Shown: piece after piece, positions 17,504-31,051 of the stretch | How the letters are laid out: every line of letters starts with the position of its first letter | How positions within the stretch are numbered: the first letter of the stretch is position 1 | Virus record (IMG/VR): IMGVR_UViG_3300005758_000132 | Location: 32,001-96,000 of that record | Strand: one strand, 5' to 3' | DNA: 64,000 nt | Origin: a virus | Translations under genes and position numbers: made by a program | The notes under the pieces: generated by a model | Databases searched by the model: none | Told to the model about the DNA's origin: nothing | The model's input: only the letters and a program-made list of their open reading frames with translations

Positions 17504-18343
17504 TCAGCCCGCCACAACGCGGGTCATAATCTGAGAGAGGCACTGCTTCCAGGCAGCGCTACCCTTCAGAGCAGCAGCGACCGCCAGGTCAAGCTCGTTA
17601 AGGTTAAGCCTAACAGCGAGTGCCGTGAGGCGCTGGAGCGGATCAACTTCCACTCCGTTGGCGGTTGCATAATGGGCGGCGTCCGGAAGGAGGGCCGATA
17701 GCCCGTCATCCAGCACCTCAGATTCATTCATGGCTTTACGAAGCATGGCTCGTCCTTCTGGGGTTGCGCGTAAAGACGCGAGGATCGGATCGAACCAAGC
17801 GTCGCGGTTTCTAGGTGCGCCTGTGATAACGACATTGGCGCAGTACCAGCGCTTTACGTCGCGGCGGTCATTCTTGTCACGCTCTTGTGCAGCGCCCTCG
17901 ACAGAATATCCAAGCCTGACGCGGTTAGACGCGCGGTTAATCCTCAGGATCTTTTCCCAGAGCTGCTTGGCAACCGGCTCGTCGTTAATCCAAAGACGGG
18001 TGGTGAGGTAATAGCAGGGAACACCGTCACGGGTCTCGCCCCGCTCAAGGTCCACCGGCTCGCCCACCGGATTAAAGACGCCCGCCGGATGCTCCATAGT
18101 GACGGCGCCAGAGTCGGCAGCAGTCATTTCACCTTTGGCCAGCGAACCCAAAAACGGCGAAAAATCCGCGCCGTCAACGCGTAAAATCTCGCCCTGCATG
18201 TCACGTCGCTCTGACGTACAAATGCCGCGGATGAGCCCCTGCTCGCCGCCCTTGGTGATAGGCTCGATTCCTGGTGTCCAAGTCGAGATTCTTTCGCGCG
18301 CGTTCATGCTGTCACCGTTGTACTTATTTAGCGACAAAGTCAA
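17504..18343 (-). CDS. prohead maturation protease
   Basis: IRGICTSERRDMQGE, MEH, GYSVEG and VVITGAPRN motifs of HK97/U35-type serine proteases; true start may be ATG 18307. Confidence 0.85.
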   Translation of the reverse strand: MTLSLNKYNGDSMNARERISTWTPGIEPITKGGEQGLIRGICTSERRDMQGEILRVDGADFSPFLGSLAKGEMTAADSGAVTMEHPAGVFNPVGEPVDLERGETRDGVPCYYLTTRLWINDEPVAKQLWEKILRINRASNRVRLGYSVEGAAQERDKNDRRDVKRWYCANVVITGAPRNRDAWFDPILASLRATPEGRAMLRKAMNESEVLDDGLSALLPDAAHYATANGVEVDPLQRLTALAVRLNLNELDLAVAAALKGSAAWKQCLSQIMTRVVAG

Positions 18344-18353
18344 GTTGCTCTAA

Positions 18354-19136
18354 CTAGACTAGGTTCCAGTTACTGTCGAACGACTTGCCGGGTGGAATTG
18401 GTACGACCACGCATCTGCAATTAGGGTGCAGCGGAGGTCTAGGCACTGCACCGGACATCAAGTCCTTGACGTCAAATACCTTGGGCGAGCCGCTTTTGTC
18501 CAAAAACGCGCCCTTACATTTTGGGCACGCGTCTTTCTGCGGAACCACCGCGGCCTTCTTGGTTTTGCCTGCTTGTATGGTGGACACGATAACGCCGTCA
18601 TTGAACGCGGCTTGAAGCTCAGTCGTGACGATGCGCTTTACGTCTTTTTCCGTACCGTCAAACACAGGCGTCAGGCGCTCGATAGCCTTTTCAATCAGCT
18701 TATCGCGCGGCAGACCTAGCGATATCGTGTCCGCCAGCACGGAACGGAGCTTGGCGCGCACTGCGTCTTCGATTCCAGTAATCCGCAGCCCCGCACGCTC
18801 GCGCACATATTTCCATGCCTCTAGTTCTGGGGGCTTGAGCCAGTTCGGAAAGGCTTTGGTGGCTGTTGCACCTTTCGACTCCCCGCCAGGTCTGTACGCT
18901 TTTTCAATGGGGGCGCGGTCCTGAATCCAGCGCTTTATGAACTGCACCCACTTTGAGAGCTTCCACGTCCGCGACTTGTTTATGTCAGTATCCGCGAACG
19001 CTAGACCCATTATGAGGCTCAGCTCGATCGGCGATACGTCCCAGTCTTCCAGACCGATAATTACGCCGTCGAGATATGCGCGCCGGAACTCGTCGCTGAC
19101 ACGCGCGGCCTCTTTATCTGGGTCGAATAGCAACAC
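18354..19136 (-). CDS. MuF / SPP1 gp7-like head morphogenesis protein
   Basis: RIVTTELQAAFNDG, CPKC and PPLHPNCRC motifs. Confidence 0.88.
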   Translation of the reverse strand: MLLFDPDKEAARVSDEFRRAYLDGVIIGLEDWDVSPIELSLIMGLAFADTDINKSRTWKLSKWVQFIKRWIQDRAPIEKAYRPGGESKGATATKAFPNWLKPPELEAWKYVRERAGLRITGIEDAVRAKLRSVLADTISLGLPRDKLIEKAIERLTPVFDGTEKDVKRIVTTELQAAFNDGVIVSTIQAGKTKKAAVVPQKDACPKCKGAFLDKSGSPKVFDVKDLMSGAVPRPPLHPNCRCVVVPIPPGKSFDSNWNLV

Positions 19137-19138
19137 GC

Positions 19139-19660
19139 TCAGTACGCTCGCATCTTCTTGCCCTTCATGACGTGATCGTGCATCGAGTCCATCGCGGCGC
19201 CGATCGTCCCATGAGCCTCAGGCATGAGCTCCTTACCACCTACAGAAGGCGTGTGCACCCATCCGCCACCCTTAGCGGCCTTCGAGAGCATCTCTGTCCG
19301 CAGGTTGCTAAAATTACGCATCGCCACGCTGCCGTTGGCAGGCTCAACCACACCGGAGAAACGGCTCCAGCGCTCGTTCGGCACCTGGTTGTTATCAGAC
19401 GTGAGCGTGTAGAAATCCTTGTATCGGCTGAGCTCGTTGATGCCGAAATCGGGGTACCACGTAAGGTAGGACTCGCTATTGAGGTCACCCTTGTAGCAAC
19501 CGCCCTTCATGCTGCCCTCAAGCGGCTCGAAGCCTTCAGGAGGCATCTTGCTCTTATCAGCGGGCTCAAGGTCCTGAGTCTGCAACGCTTGCAGCGTATT
19601 GGGCTCGAATCCGTTAACCCCGCCCCAACCCATACTAATCGCGTTCATGTTTGTGTTCAT
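19139..19660 (-). CDS. small protein with a divergent PPxG..WYP tag
   Basis: start reassigned to ATG 19660 (or 19648); tag MPPEGFEPLEGSMKGG...TWYP at 19451-19546. Confidence 0.7.
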   Translation of the reverse strand: MNTNMNAISMGWGGVNGFEPNTLQALQTQDLEPADKSKMPPEGFEPLEGSMKGGCYKGDLNSESYLTWYPDFGINELSRYKDFYTLTSDNNQVPNERWSRFSGVVEPANGSVAMRNFSNLRTEMLSKAAKGGGWVHTPSVGGKELMPEAHGTIGAAMDSMHDHVMKGKKMRAY

Positions 19661-19892
19661 CGGACATCCCCTTTTCAAGGTCTCGCCGCAGTGCGTCGAG
19701 CCGTTTCTTAAACCCTTCCTCCAGCGAAGCGCGGATCTCTTCAATCGCGTGCACTTCGCCGTCGCGCGCGGACTTACCCTTGAACAGAGCGTCAGCGGCG
19801 TCAACGAAGCCTTTGTAAATTCGCGCGGCCAGCTCTGTATGAGTCATCGCGTCGAGCTCGCCCGGCGCGTCTTCTTGGATGGTTATCTTCAT
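19635..19892 (-). CDS. hypothetical helical protein
   Basis: 85 aa; ATGA coupling with the upstream gene; contains LFKG and LEKG sites. Confidence 0.6.
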   Translation of the reverse strand: MKITIQEDAPGELDAMTHTELAARIYKGFVDAADALFKGKSARDGEVHAIEEIRASLEEGFKKRLDALRRDLEKGMSDEHKHERD

Positions 19893-20110
19893 CCGCCGAT
19901 CACTGCTGCGTAGCAGTACTCAGGCGCGCCACGAAGGCGCCACGCGTTGTACTGCTTGCCCTCGAACTCGATGACAGTAGGCTCACCCATACTACGCGCG
20001 TCACGCACGTAGAGGCGGTCTTCGCCTACCACAAACGGAAGGACGTGCCACTCTCCCGCCTCGTCCTTCACTAACGCGAACACGCGCTCGTCATCTTCAG
20101 CAATAGCCAT
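19889..20110 (-). CDS. hypothetical protein
   Basis: 73 aa; GGGAGG RBS. Confidence 0.6.
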   Translation of the reverse strand: MAIAEDDERVFALVKDEAGEWHVLPFVVGEDRLYVRDARSMGEPTVIEFEGKQYNAWRLRGAPEYCYAAVIGG

Positions 20111-20128
20111 AACACGCCTCCCCAGTCG

Positions 20129-24706
<4,578 letters not shown>

Positions 24707-24721
24707 AGTACACCTCGCGTG

Positions 24722-26656
24722 TTAGACGCGCACCTGAACAACGATTGGCTCACGCTGTGAGCCGCGTGAAACGATAGACCAAGGCTTGCCCGGACGCCAC
24801 GTTGGTGGAGGCTTTACTAGGCCTCGCCTGACGGCTTCTGCCACGGGACCTGCAAGGCTCTTGGTGATCTGGTTTATCGAGCCGCCGTGCTTTGGGTCTC
24901 GATACAGCGACGCCATAAGCGAGGCGTCATCGAAATCCTCGAACGGAGCCTCAGGCTCTTCTTCCTCACCGGGCGGCATCTCTCCACCCATGCCCATATC
25001 CATACCGCCACCCTCGCCACCTTGCTGCTGGTTCATGGCGTCCATGGACTGCGCTTGCGAGATGTACGGGTTGGCGATGACGTCGCCGGCGGACCCTGGA
25101 ATAGGCTTGAGGTCGTAGCGAGCGCGGATCTCGTTCACTGACATGAACGACTCTAGCATCTTCTTGTCGATATCGAGCTTCTCGCCCTCAGTCAGCGAGT
25201 CAAAGCCGGTGAACTCGAACACGAAGGTCTCACCGTCCTTGAAGCGCGGCAGGAACTTGGAGTTGATCCAGCTCTCAATCGACCGCAGGCGCGGGCGCAA
25301 GCCACGCGCGCGGCTCATCTCATATCGCTCCGCCGGTCCGCTGCTGTTGAGCGCGGATTGGCCTTCGTTGCCGAACTGCATGTTGAGCGCAGCAACCGGG
25401 TCGACGCCATACGCAGCGCACACCAGCTTGACGTTGTAGAAAAGCCAGTTGGTGAACTCCATCTCCTTGTTGGAGTTGGAGAGGTTGACAGACTTGATGT
25501 CTTCCTTCTGCGACGGGTCGAGCTGGATGATCGGCATCCGGCGCTTAGCCGCTGCCTGCGAAAAGTTAGCGTCGAAGGTGCGGCGCATCGCAGAGAAAGC
25601 GGTGCGGTCCATCGTCGACATGATCGCGAGCAAGGACGAGGAGTGAATGCCGGAGGTGAAGTTGACCGCGTTGTAGTTTTCCGCGCGACCGAAATTGACT
25701 AGCACGTTCCAGAGCATGTGAAGCTCAGGGAATCCGTAGTCGACAAAGCGCATCCCGACACGCGGGTTGCGGATGCCGTAAATCATCTCCGGCTCGTCCC
25801 ACTCTGCCACCACGCGATTCAGAACCCACTGGACGTAGCCAGACTCGCCCCACTGCCCGCGGTCATAGTACTGCTGCGAAGGCTCGCGACGACGCACAGA
25901 CTGCGCATCGTACACGAACATTCCCATGGGCTCAGTGTTGCGGAAGCCAGAGGCCTCTAGGATCTCGATAGGCGCAGCGTCGTAAACAAGCGACTCGCGC
26001 ATGAAACGCCGAACCGTGCCTTCAAAACCTCCTGACTGATACTTACCGCCGCCACGCTCAATTACGCGCTCGATTTCGGTCATCCGCAGCTTCTCAGCCT
26101 TAGTCGGATGCCGGCTTGTGTCAGCGAGCCTCAGTCGAAAGCCAAACGTATGCGCGACCGTCTGGCGCTTGGCAAACTCGCACACCTCTGCGACAGCGTG
26201 ATTGATGACCAGTGCAGGCACTGACATCGACGCCAGCTTCTCTAACATCCACCACGGCATCCCGTCAGTGCCTGGATGCGTAGGATTGAGATTCGCGTCT
26301 GAAGTGATGCGACCTATCGCGTCAACGGGATCGAACGCGTAACCAGCGGGTCCCGGCTCCTCTTTCTTAGCCGCCTTGAAGAGCGCATCAACCGGGTCCG
26401 GTACGTCAAACGCCGGCGATGACGCCGTTGGCATAACAACCGCGCCCATATCGGGCGCACCACCGCCGAGGAACGCTCCTGGTCCTGACTTGACGATAAC
26501 CTCGTCAGGCGCGGTCTGCTCCGCGGCCGGTGTCTGCGCCGTGTCCTGAGGAGGTCTAGCAGCGTCAACAAACGCCTCAGAGGCGCGGCGGGCTAACGAC
26601 CCTGCCGCTCCCCCTAGAGACGCTGCTAAGCTGTTCAAACGGTCCATAATCGACAT
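24722..26656 (-). CDS. portal protein
   Basis: 644 aa; YGFPEL, EMEFTNWL...VCAAYGVDP, GLRPRLRSIE and SVNEIRARYDLKPI motifs of HK97/SPO1-type portals. Confidence 0.9.
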   Translation of the reverse strand: MSIMDRLNSLAASLGGAAGSLARRASEAFVDAARPPQDTAQTPAAEQTAPDEVIVKSGPGAFLGGGAPDMGAVVMPTASSPAFDVPDPVDALFKAAKKEEPGPAGYAFDPVDAIGRITSDANLNPTHPGTDGMPWWMLEKLASMSVPALVINHAVAEVCEFAKRQTVAHTFGFRLRLADTSRHPTKAEKLRMTEIERVIERGGGKYQSGGFEGTVRRFMRESLVYDAAPIEILEASGFRNTEPMGMFVYDAQSVRRREPSQQYYDRGQWGESGYVQWVLNRVVAEWDEPEMIYGIRNPRVGMRFVDYGFPELHMLWNVLVNFGRAENYNAVNFTSGIHSSSLLAIMSTMDRTAFSAMRRTFDANFSQAAAKRRMPIIQLDPSQKEDIKSVNLSNSNKEMEFTNWLFYNVKLVCAAYGVDPVAALNMQFGNEGQSALNSSGPAERYEMSRARGLRPRLRSIESWINSKFLPRFKDGETFVFEFTGFDSLTEGEKLDIDKKMLESFMSVNEIRARYDLKPIPGSAGDVIANPYISQAQSMDAMNQQQGGEGGGMDMGMGGEMPPGEEEEPEAPFEDFDDASLMASLYRDPKHGGSINQITKSLAGPVAEAVRRGLVKPPPTWRPGKPWSIVSRGSQREPIVVQVRV

Positions 26657-26683
26657 TTGGTATCCCCCAGTCAGCCCGCAGCG

Positions 26684-29600
26684 TTATCGTCGACGCGTTA
26701 CCTTGGAACGCACGATGCTACCGGACTTCCAGAACATGGAAACGCCCCGCTCGTCTACCTTTACCCAGGTATTTTCTTCGCCTAGAACCGGCGCGAAACC
26801 TACAGGCGGCTTAGCCATACGAGTGTCCGCCATCAACTTGAGCAAGTCGGGGTACTTGCCGCCGATGAGCATATGGCGCGCGAGCTTGGCCTCAGAGGTG
26901 CCGTTGTACTCTTCGATGAAGCGCTTGAAGGACGCGCGCAAAGCCTCAGTGTCAATCGCGCGCTTAGGCTCGCCGTGCGTCACGTAAGGCAGCACAACGC
27001 CACCGCCAGGGGCCTCTAGCGCGAGCATCATAGCGTTGCTAGCATCCGCCTGTGACCGCCAAGTGCTGCCCTTGCTGACGGGCTCAGATGCCAAATCAGA
27101 GTAGTCTCCGTCCACAGCGCGTTCCCCAAGCGCTGCGCGAATCTCTCTTTCGTACATAAAGTCGTAGTACCAAAGCTCCGCCTGATTCTCGTAAGAAATC
27201 TGCTCGTACTGCATACCGACAGCCTTCTTCAGTTTTAGAAGCGCTGTCTCCGTCTCGTCTAGCTCGCGTAGAAACACAAAATGTTTATTTATTCCGCCTA
27301 GTTTCGACGTTACCTTGGAGTCGTTCTTTAGCTCAGGATGGTTCTTAGGGTCACCTCGATATACCTCTTCAACCGCATACGATCCGCTCAGGATCGTCTC
27401 ATACTCGCCTGTGTGAACGCTCAACTTGTCTACCCGTAAGCCTCTAGTAGCGTTCCTGACAATATACAGCGTTGAGGCGTCACCAGTGCCGCCAAACTGT
27501 GTTAAAACTTCAGTTGATGAACTAGAGCCATCGTTCATCGTAACAACTAGCCCAGCGTGCAACGCTTTGACTGAAAACTCGTTTGTCCTCATGTTGCGGT
27601 AAAGTTTTTTAGGTACAGGCACCGCTGCGGGTCGTCTGTTACCTAAAATCTGAAGAACGGCGTTATTGCGATGAACTGAGTCATCCGGAAAGTTAGGTTT
27701 GATGTCGATGATGTATGGCTTGAAATTATTAGCTGCGGCAGTAGTCCCATCCTTCGTTATCTGTCTTTGCGCGTTATAGACATCGCGCACAGCTTGCTCT
27801 GATATGTTAGGCGCAAGTCCTTGCGATTTATGATCTTTGAGCAAGCCGACGTAGTTATAAGCGTCAAAATAGTTATTTCCATTGGCGTGCAGCCAAATGT
27901 GCGCACGAGCCAACTCTTCCTTGTATTCCATGGTGAACGTCTTCGGATCGCCAAAGTCAGTCGCCAAGTACTTAGCGCCGTCCTTGCCGGTAGCGAATGT
28001 AGCGCCTCCGAGTCCGTTGTCTCCGAGTGCGCTAGACAGCGCTGCGGCGTCCGCCTTTAGCTCGTCCAATAGCGCATTGTTTTTGGCGATGGACACGTTC
28101 CACTTTCCAGCAGTGGGCGACTTCGCCTGTACAGGCGAACTAGGTGCTACCGCTACCGGCTTTCCATAGGACGTACCGTATTGCTGTGTATATGTTTTCT
28201 TCAGCTCATCGATAGTCTTCTGCATCGCTTCACTGTTGATAATTTGTGACGAGGCAGCGTGAAACTCAGCTATTTTAATCGCGTCCTTTTTCAACTCTTC
28301 CGCACACTTGGTGTAAGCGCTAATCAGACGCTTGTTTGTTAGGCTACCCTTATGCTGAGACCAATCTGAGCTGTCAGGCACATAGAACTCGTCGGAAGGT
28401 GGGAGCGCGTCCCAAGCCTTTCCTGCTTCACCTTTAGGCCGCTGAGATTTCAACTTTTTCACTGCGTCCTCTAGCTTCGCAGAGGCATTGTTTCGATCAG
28501 CGGCCGTGGCCAAGAAGTCTATCTTGCTTGAGTATGGCAACTTTCTAGGACGAAATGCTTTCACATAGCTATCATTGGCAACATATTTGGAAGCGCCGGG
28601 GTAGCTTGCCAAGAGCTGCTGAACCGCGTGCATAGCTGCTGATTTAGACTCTGTCTTTTGCTTCTTGGTAGCACCCCATGAAGTCGTTACTTCTACTGTC
28701 TCGTAATTGAGCACGTCTAAGTTCGTTGGCGTTACTTCAGAGTCTTGAATTAGACTAAAGTCCTTATTGTCAAGCGCGTCAATGACGGCATTCCAGTCGC
28801 TCTTATTGGAATCCGTCATGTTGATATTCCATGGATACTTGAGACTACCTGACAAATTTTTGTCCTTGGCTATGTTTACTATAACGTCTCCTAAAGAGTA
28901 CAGTTTTGGAGAGCCGGGCGCAGTAACCGATAAGTTGGTAACGTCTTTGAACGCGCTACCAACTGCGTGATTAGTTTGAGTGATACCAGTAGGCCCGGAA
29001 TACGCCGCGCCTGAACTTGAGCTTGAAGCTATAGAACCTGGTACTTCAAAAAGCTCATGCACGTTAATGGTGGTCTCAGCTTTCGCAGTGAAGCAGTCAG
29101 TGATTAACGCCTTTCCTATAGGCGACTCGTAAAAATTGCTCTCGTATTGGTAGCCGGTAGCCCAGGTGTCGTCAGTAGCCGGCGATTGCTTGAAAGCTGC
29201 TTTAACATACGCAGCACGCTTTTTCAGGAACTCGTCGTAGGAGCTAGCGTGCTTCTCGTATTTTTTGACGAGCATATCAACCATTGTGCTTAGAGCTTCC
29301 GCGGCTTTAATCGTTGCGGCGGCTGCAATAACGGCTTGCTGCTCCGCGGTCAGCTCTATCGGTTTAGCTGCGATCTCTTCTTCGATCTTAGCCGCTTCGA
29401 CGATGACCTTGGCGGGCGTTGCGTCTGGAATGATGTCCTTGACAGACTCAGCAGCCTTCGAAGAAACGTCCTTCGCCTTATCGCCCAGAGCCTTCAAGTT
29501 CTTGATCTTGGCGACTGCGGACTGGAGGTCTGTCTTAGCAAACACCGCTGTGGGCTCGCTTACAGCCTCGTGTCCCTGGTCGAAGATAACATTCTCAGCG

Positions 29601-30253
29601 TGCCATGCGCCTGACGCGTCCTCGTCAAGCTCGTGTGCTTCGCCGGAGTAGAGCGCTTCTTGATTCGGTTCAATCTTCCAACGCGACATGAGCGCTTGCA
29701 GGATCTCCTGCGGCACGTTGCTCGCGCTGTCGATGCTACCGTCAGCCTTGACGCGCATAAGCGAGTAGGTACCCGACACGTCACCGGGCATGACCTTGAA
29801 CTTGGCCTGATGGTCAAGAGACGCGAACACCTTGTTGAACACGGAGTCTTCAAGCGCTGGGTCCGTTGGGTCCCAGTTATCTGCCTTGACCTTGACGATT
29901 TCGTACTGGTTGCCGTCAGCGTCGCCAAGCACAGCGATATTCGAGGTTTTACCGTGTATCGATTGCTCTAGGTTAACAATAATCTCGTGCCAAAGCGCCG
30001 CTTTATTACCGAAAAACTCTTTTAGCGCGTCATAGCTGGCACCTTTCACGTTATAACCAAGCTCGGTCAACAGCTTTCGCGCGTGTAACTCTAAGTACGA
30101 CGTGCCGTGCTTCTCTAAAGACTCAGTTACCTTTTTCTGAAAGTCAGGATCAGGATACCAGTACAGGGTTTTCTTGCCCGTCTTCTTAAACCAGCCGTGC
30201 GAACGACTGCCTGGGATGGGCATGTATCCTGGAGGGGGCTTCTGAGGTTGCAT
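26684..30253 (-). CDS. 1189-aa tagged protein with an R-S-ExE ADP-ribosyltransferase domain
   Basis: tag at 30152-30241; degenerate tag at 26726-26812; LYR...SSSS...EYETIL at about 27260-27700. Confidence 0.75.
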   Translation of the reverse strand: MQPQKPPPGYMPIPGSRSHGWFKKTGKKTLYWYPDPDFQKKVTESLEKHGTSYLELHARKLLTELGYNVKGASYDALKEFFGNKAALWHEIIVNLEQSIHGKTSNIAVLGDADGNQYEIVKVKADNWDPTDPALEDSVFNKVFASLDHQAKFKVMPGDVSGTYSLMRVKADGSIDSASNVPQEILQALMSRWKIEPNQEALYSGEAHELDEDASGAWHAENVIFDQGHEAVSEPTAVFAKTDLQSAVAKIKNLKALGDKAKDVSSKAAESVKDIIPDATPAKVIVEAAKIEEEIAAKPIELTAEQQAVIAAAATIKAAEALSTMVDMLVKKYEKHASSYDEFLKKRAAYVKAAFKQSPATDDTWATGYQYESNFYESPIGKALITDCFTAKAETTINVHELFEVPGSIASSSSSGAAYSGPTGITQTNHAVGSAFKDVTNLSVTAPGSPKLYSLGDVIVNIAKDKNLSGSLKYPWNINMTDSNKSDWNAVIDALDNKDFSLIQDSEVTPTNLDVLNYETVEVTTSWGATKKQKTESKSAAMHAVQQLLASYPGASKYVANDSYVKAFRPRKLPYSSKIDFLATAADRNNASAKLEDAVKKLKSQRPKGEAGKAWDALPPSDEFYVPDSSDWSQHKGSLTNKRLISAYTKCAEELKKDAIKIAEFHAASSQIINSEAMQKTIDELKKTYTQQYGTSYGKPVAVAPSSPVQAKSPTAGKWNVSIAKNNALLDELKADAAALSSALGDNGLGGATFATGKDGAKYLATDFGDPKTFTMEYKEELARAHIWLHANGNNYFDAYNYVGLLKDHKSQGLAPNISEQAVRDVYNAQRQITKDGTTAAANNFKPYIIDIKPNFPDDSVHRNNAVLQILGNRRPAAVPVPKKLYRNMRTNEFSVKALHAGLVVTMNDGSSSSTEVLTQFGGTGDASTLYIVRNATRGLRVDKLSVHTGEYETILSGSYAVEEVYRGDPKNHPELKNDSKVTSKLGGINKHFVFLRELDETETALLKLKKAVGMQYEQISYENQAELWYYDFMYEREIRAALGERAVDGDYSDLASEPVSKGSTWRSQADASNAMMLALEAPGGGVVLPYVTHGEPKRAIDTEALRASFKRFIEEYNGTSEAKLARHMLIGGKYPDLLKLMADTRMAKPPVGFAPVLGEENTWVKVDERGVSMFWKSGSIVRSKVTRRR

Positions 30254-30332
30254 AGTGGTCGCGCTCCTTGGCCGAAAGGTACTCGTGCGGTTTTACAATG
30301 GCAAGTTGTAGAGACCGCACGGCTTATCGGTA

Positions 30333-31034
30333 TCAAATACCCAGCTCATCAACGAACAGCGAGAAACGCTCTCCGATAGTGATAGCCGCCGGGTACTTTG
30401 ACTTGAGATGCTTCACGAGCCGATGGAACTTTTCCTGCTGCGTCTCAGTGTCGAAAACAACGTTGTACTGAATGACTGGCGGCGGAGTGTCCAAGCTAGC
30501 GCTGAGCTCGTCTTTTCCGGCGTCCTCTGGCTTTAGCTTTTCCTTGGACGGCTTGATATCCTCCGCGAGGACGTCAGCTGTCGAAAACGCGGCGATCAGC
30601 TCGTCAAGCCTCACGTCGACTAAAACGTCTGTGTCAAAGGTTGACGATCCTTGAAGCTCGCCTAGAAGCTCCTCTAGCTTGCTATCATCCCAGGTTCCCT
30701 GGATAGCAGGATTGTTGAGCGTTAGATTAGCGGCTCGCTCCTGCTCCTCGTCGAAGTCAACCACCTTGACCTCGACCTCTTTCTCCCCGAGCGCTTTGAG
30801 CGCTTCGAGCCGCTGGTGGCCGCCGACCACTCTGCCCGTTCGGATATTCCATACGATGGGCTGCATCTCTCCAAACACAGCCAATGAATTCTGGAGACCC
30901 TCTAGCGCGTGCTTAGTGATCTTTCGCGGGTTGTAGTCCGCTGGGATGAGATCGTCGATATCGATGACCCTAGAAGGCCAGCGCTTTACGAGGTTTGAAA
31001 TAGGTTGTTGCGGCTGCTTTTTACCCTTAGGCAT
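30333..31034 (-). CDS. ParB/Srx N-terminal domain protein
   Basis: PADYNPR, PIVWN and VVGGHQRL motifs; start reassigned to ATG 31034 (AGGAG RBS). Confidence 0.85.
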   Translation of the reverse strand: MPKGKKQPQQPISNLVKRWPSRVIDIDDLIPADYNPRKITKHALEGLQNSLAVFGEMQPIVWNIRTGRVVGGHQRLEALKALGEKEVEVKVVDFDEEQERAANLTLNNPAIQGTWDDSKLEELLGELQGSSTFDTDVLVDVRLDELIAAFSTADVLAEDIKPSKEKLKPEDAGKDELSASLDTPPPVIQYNVVFDTETQQEKFHRLVKHLKSKYPAAITIGERFSLFVDELGI

Positions 31035-31051
31035 ACTAATTCTCCTGATAA

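Noticed and set aside
19667-19678. A-AAG-GGG slippery-like heptamer at the overlap of 19635-19892 and 19139-19660
   Set aside because: A -1 shift meets a stop within a few codons; the downstream gene is in the +1 frame, and the sequence is better explained as its RBS.
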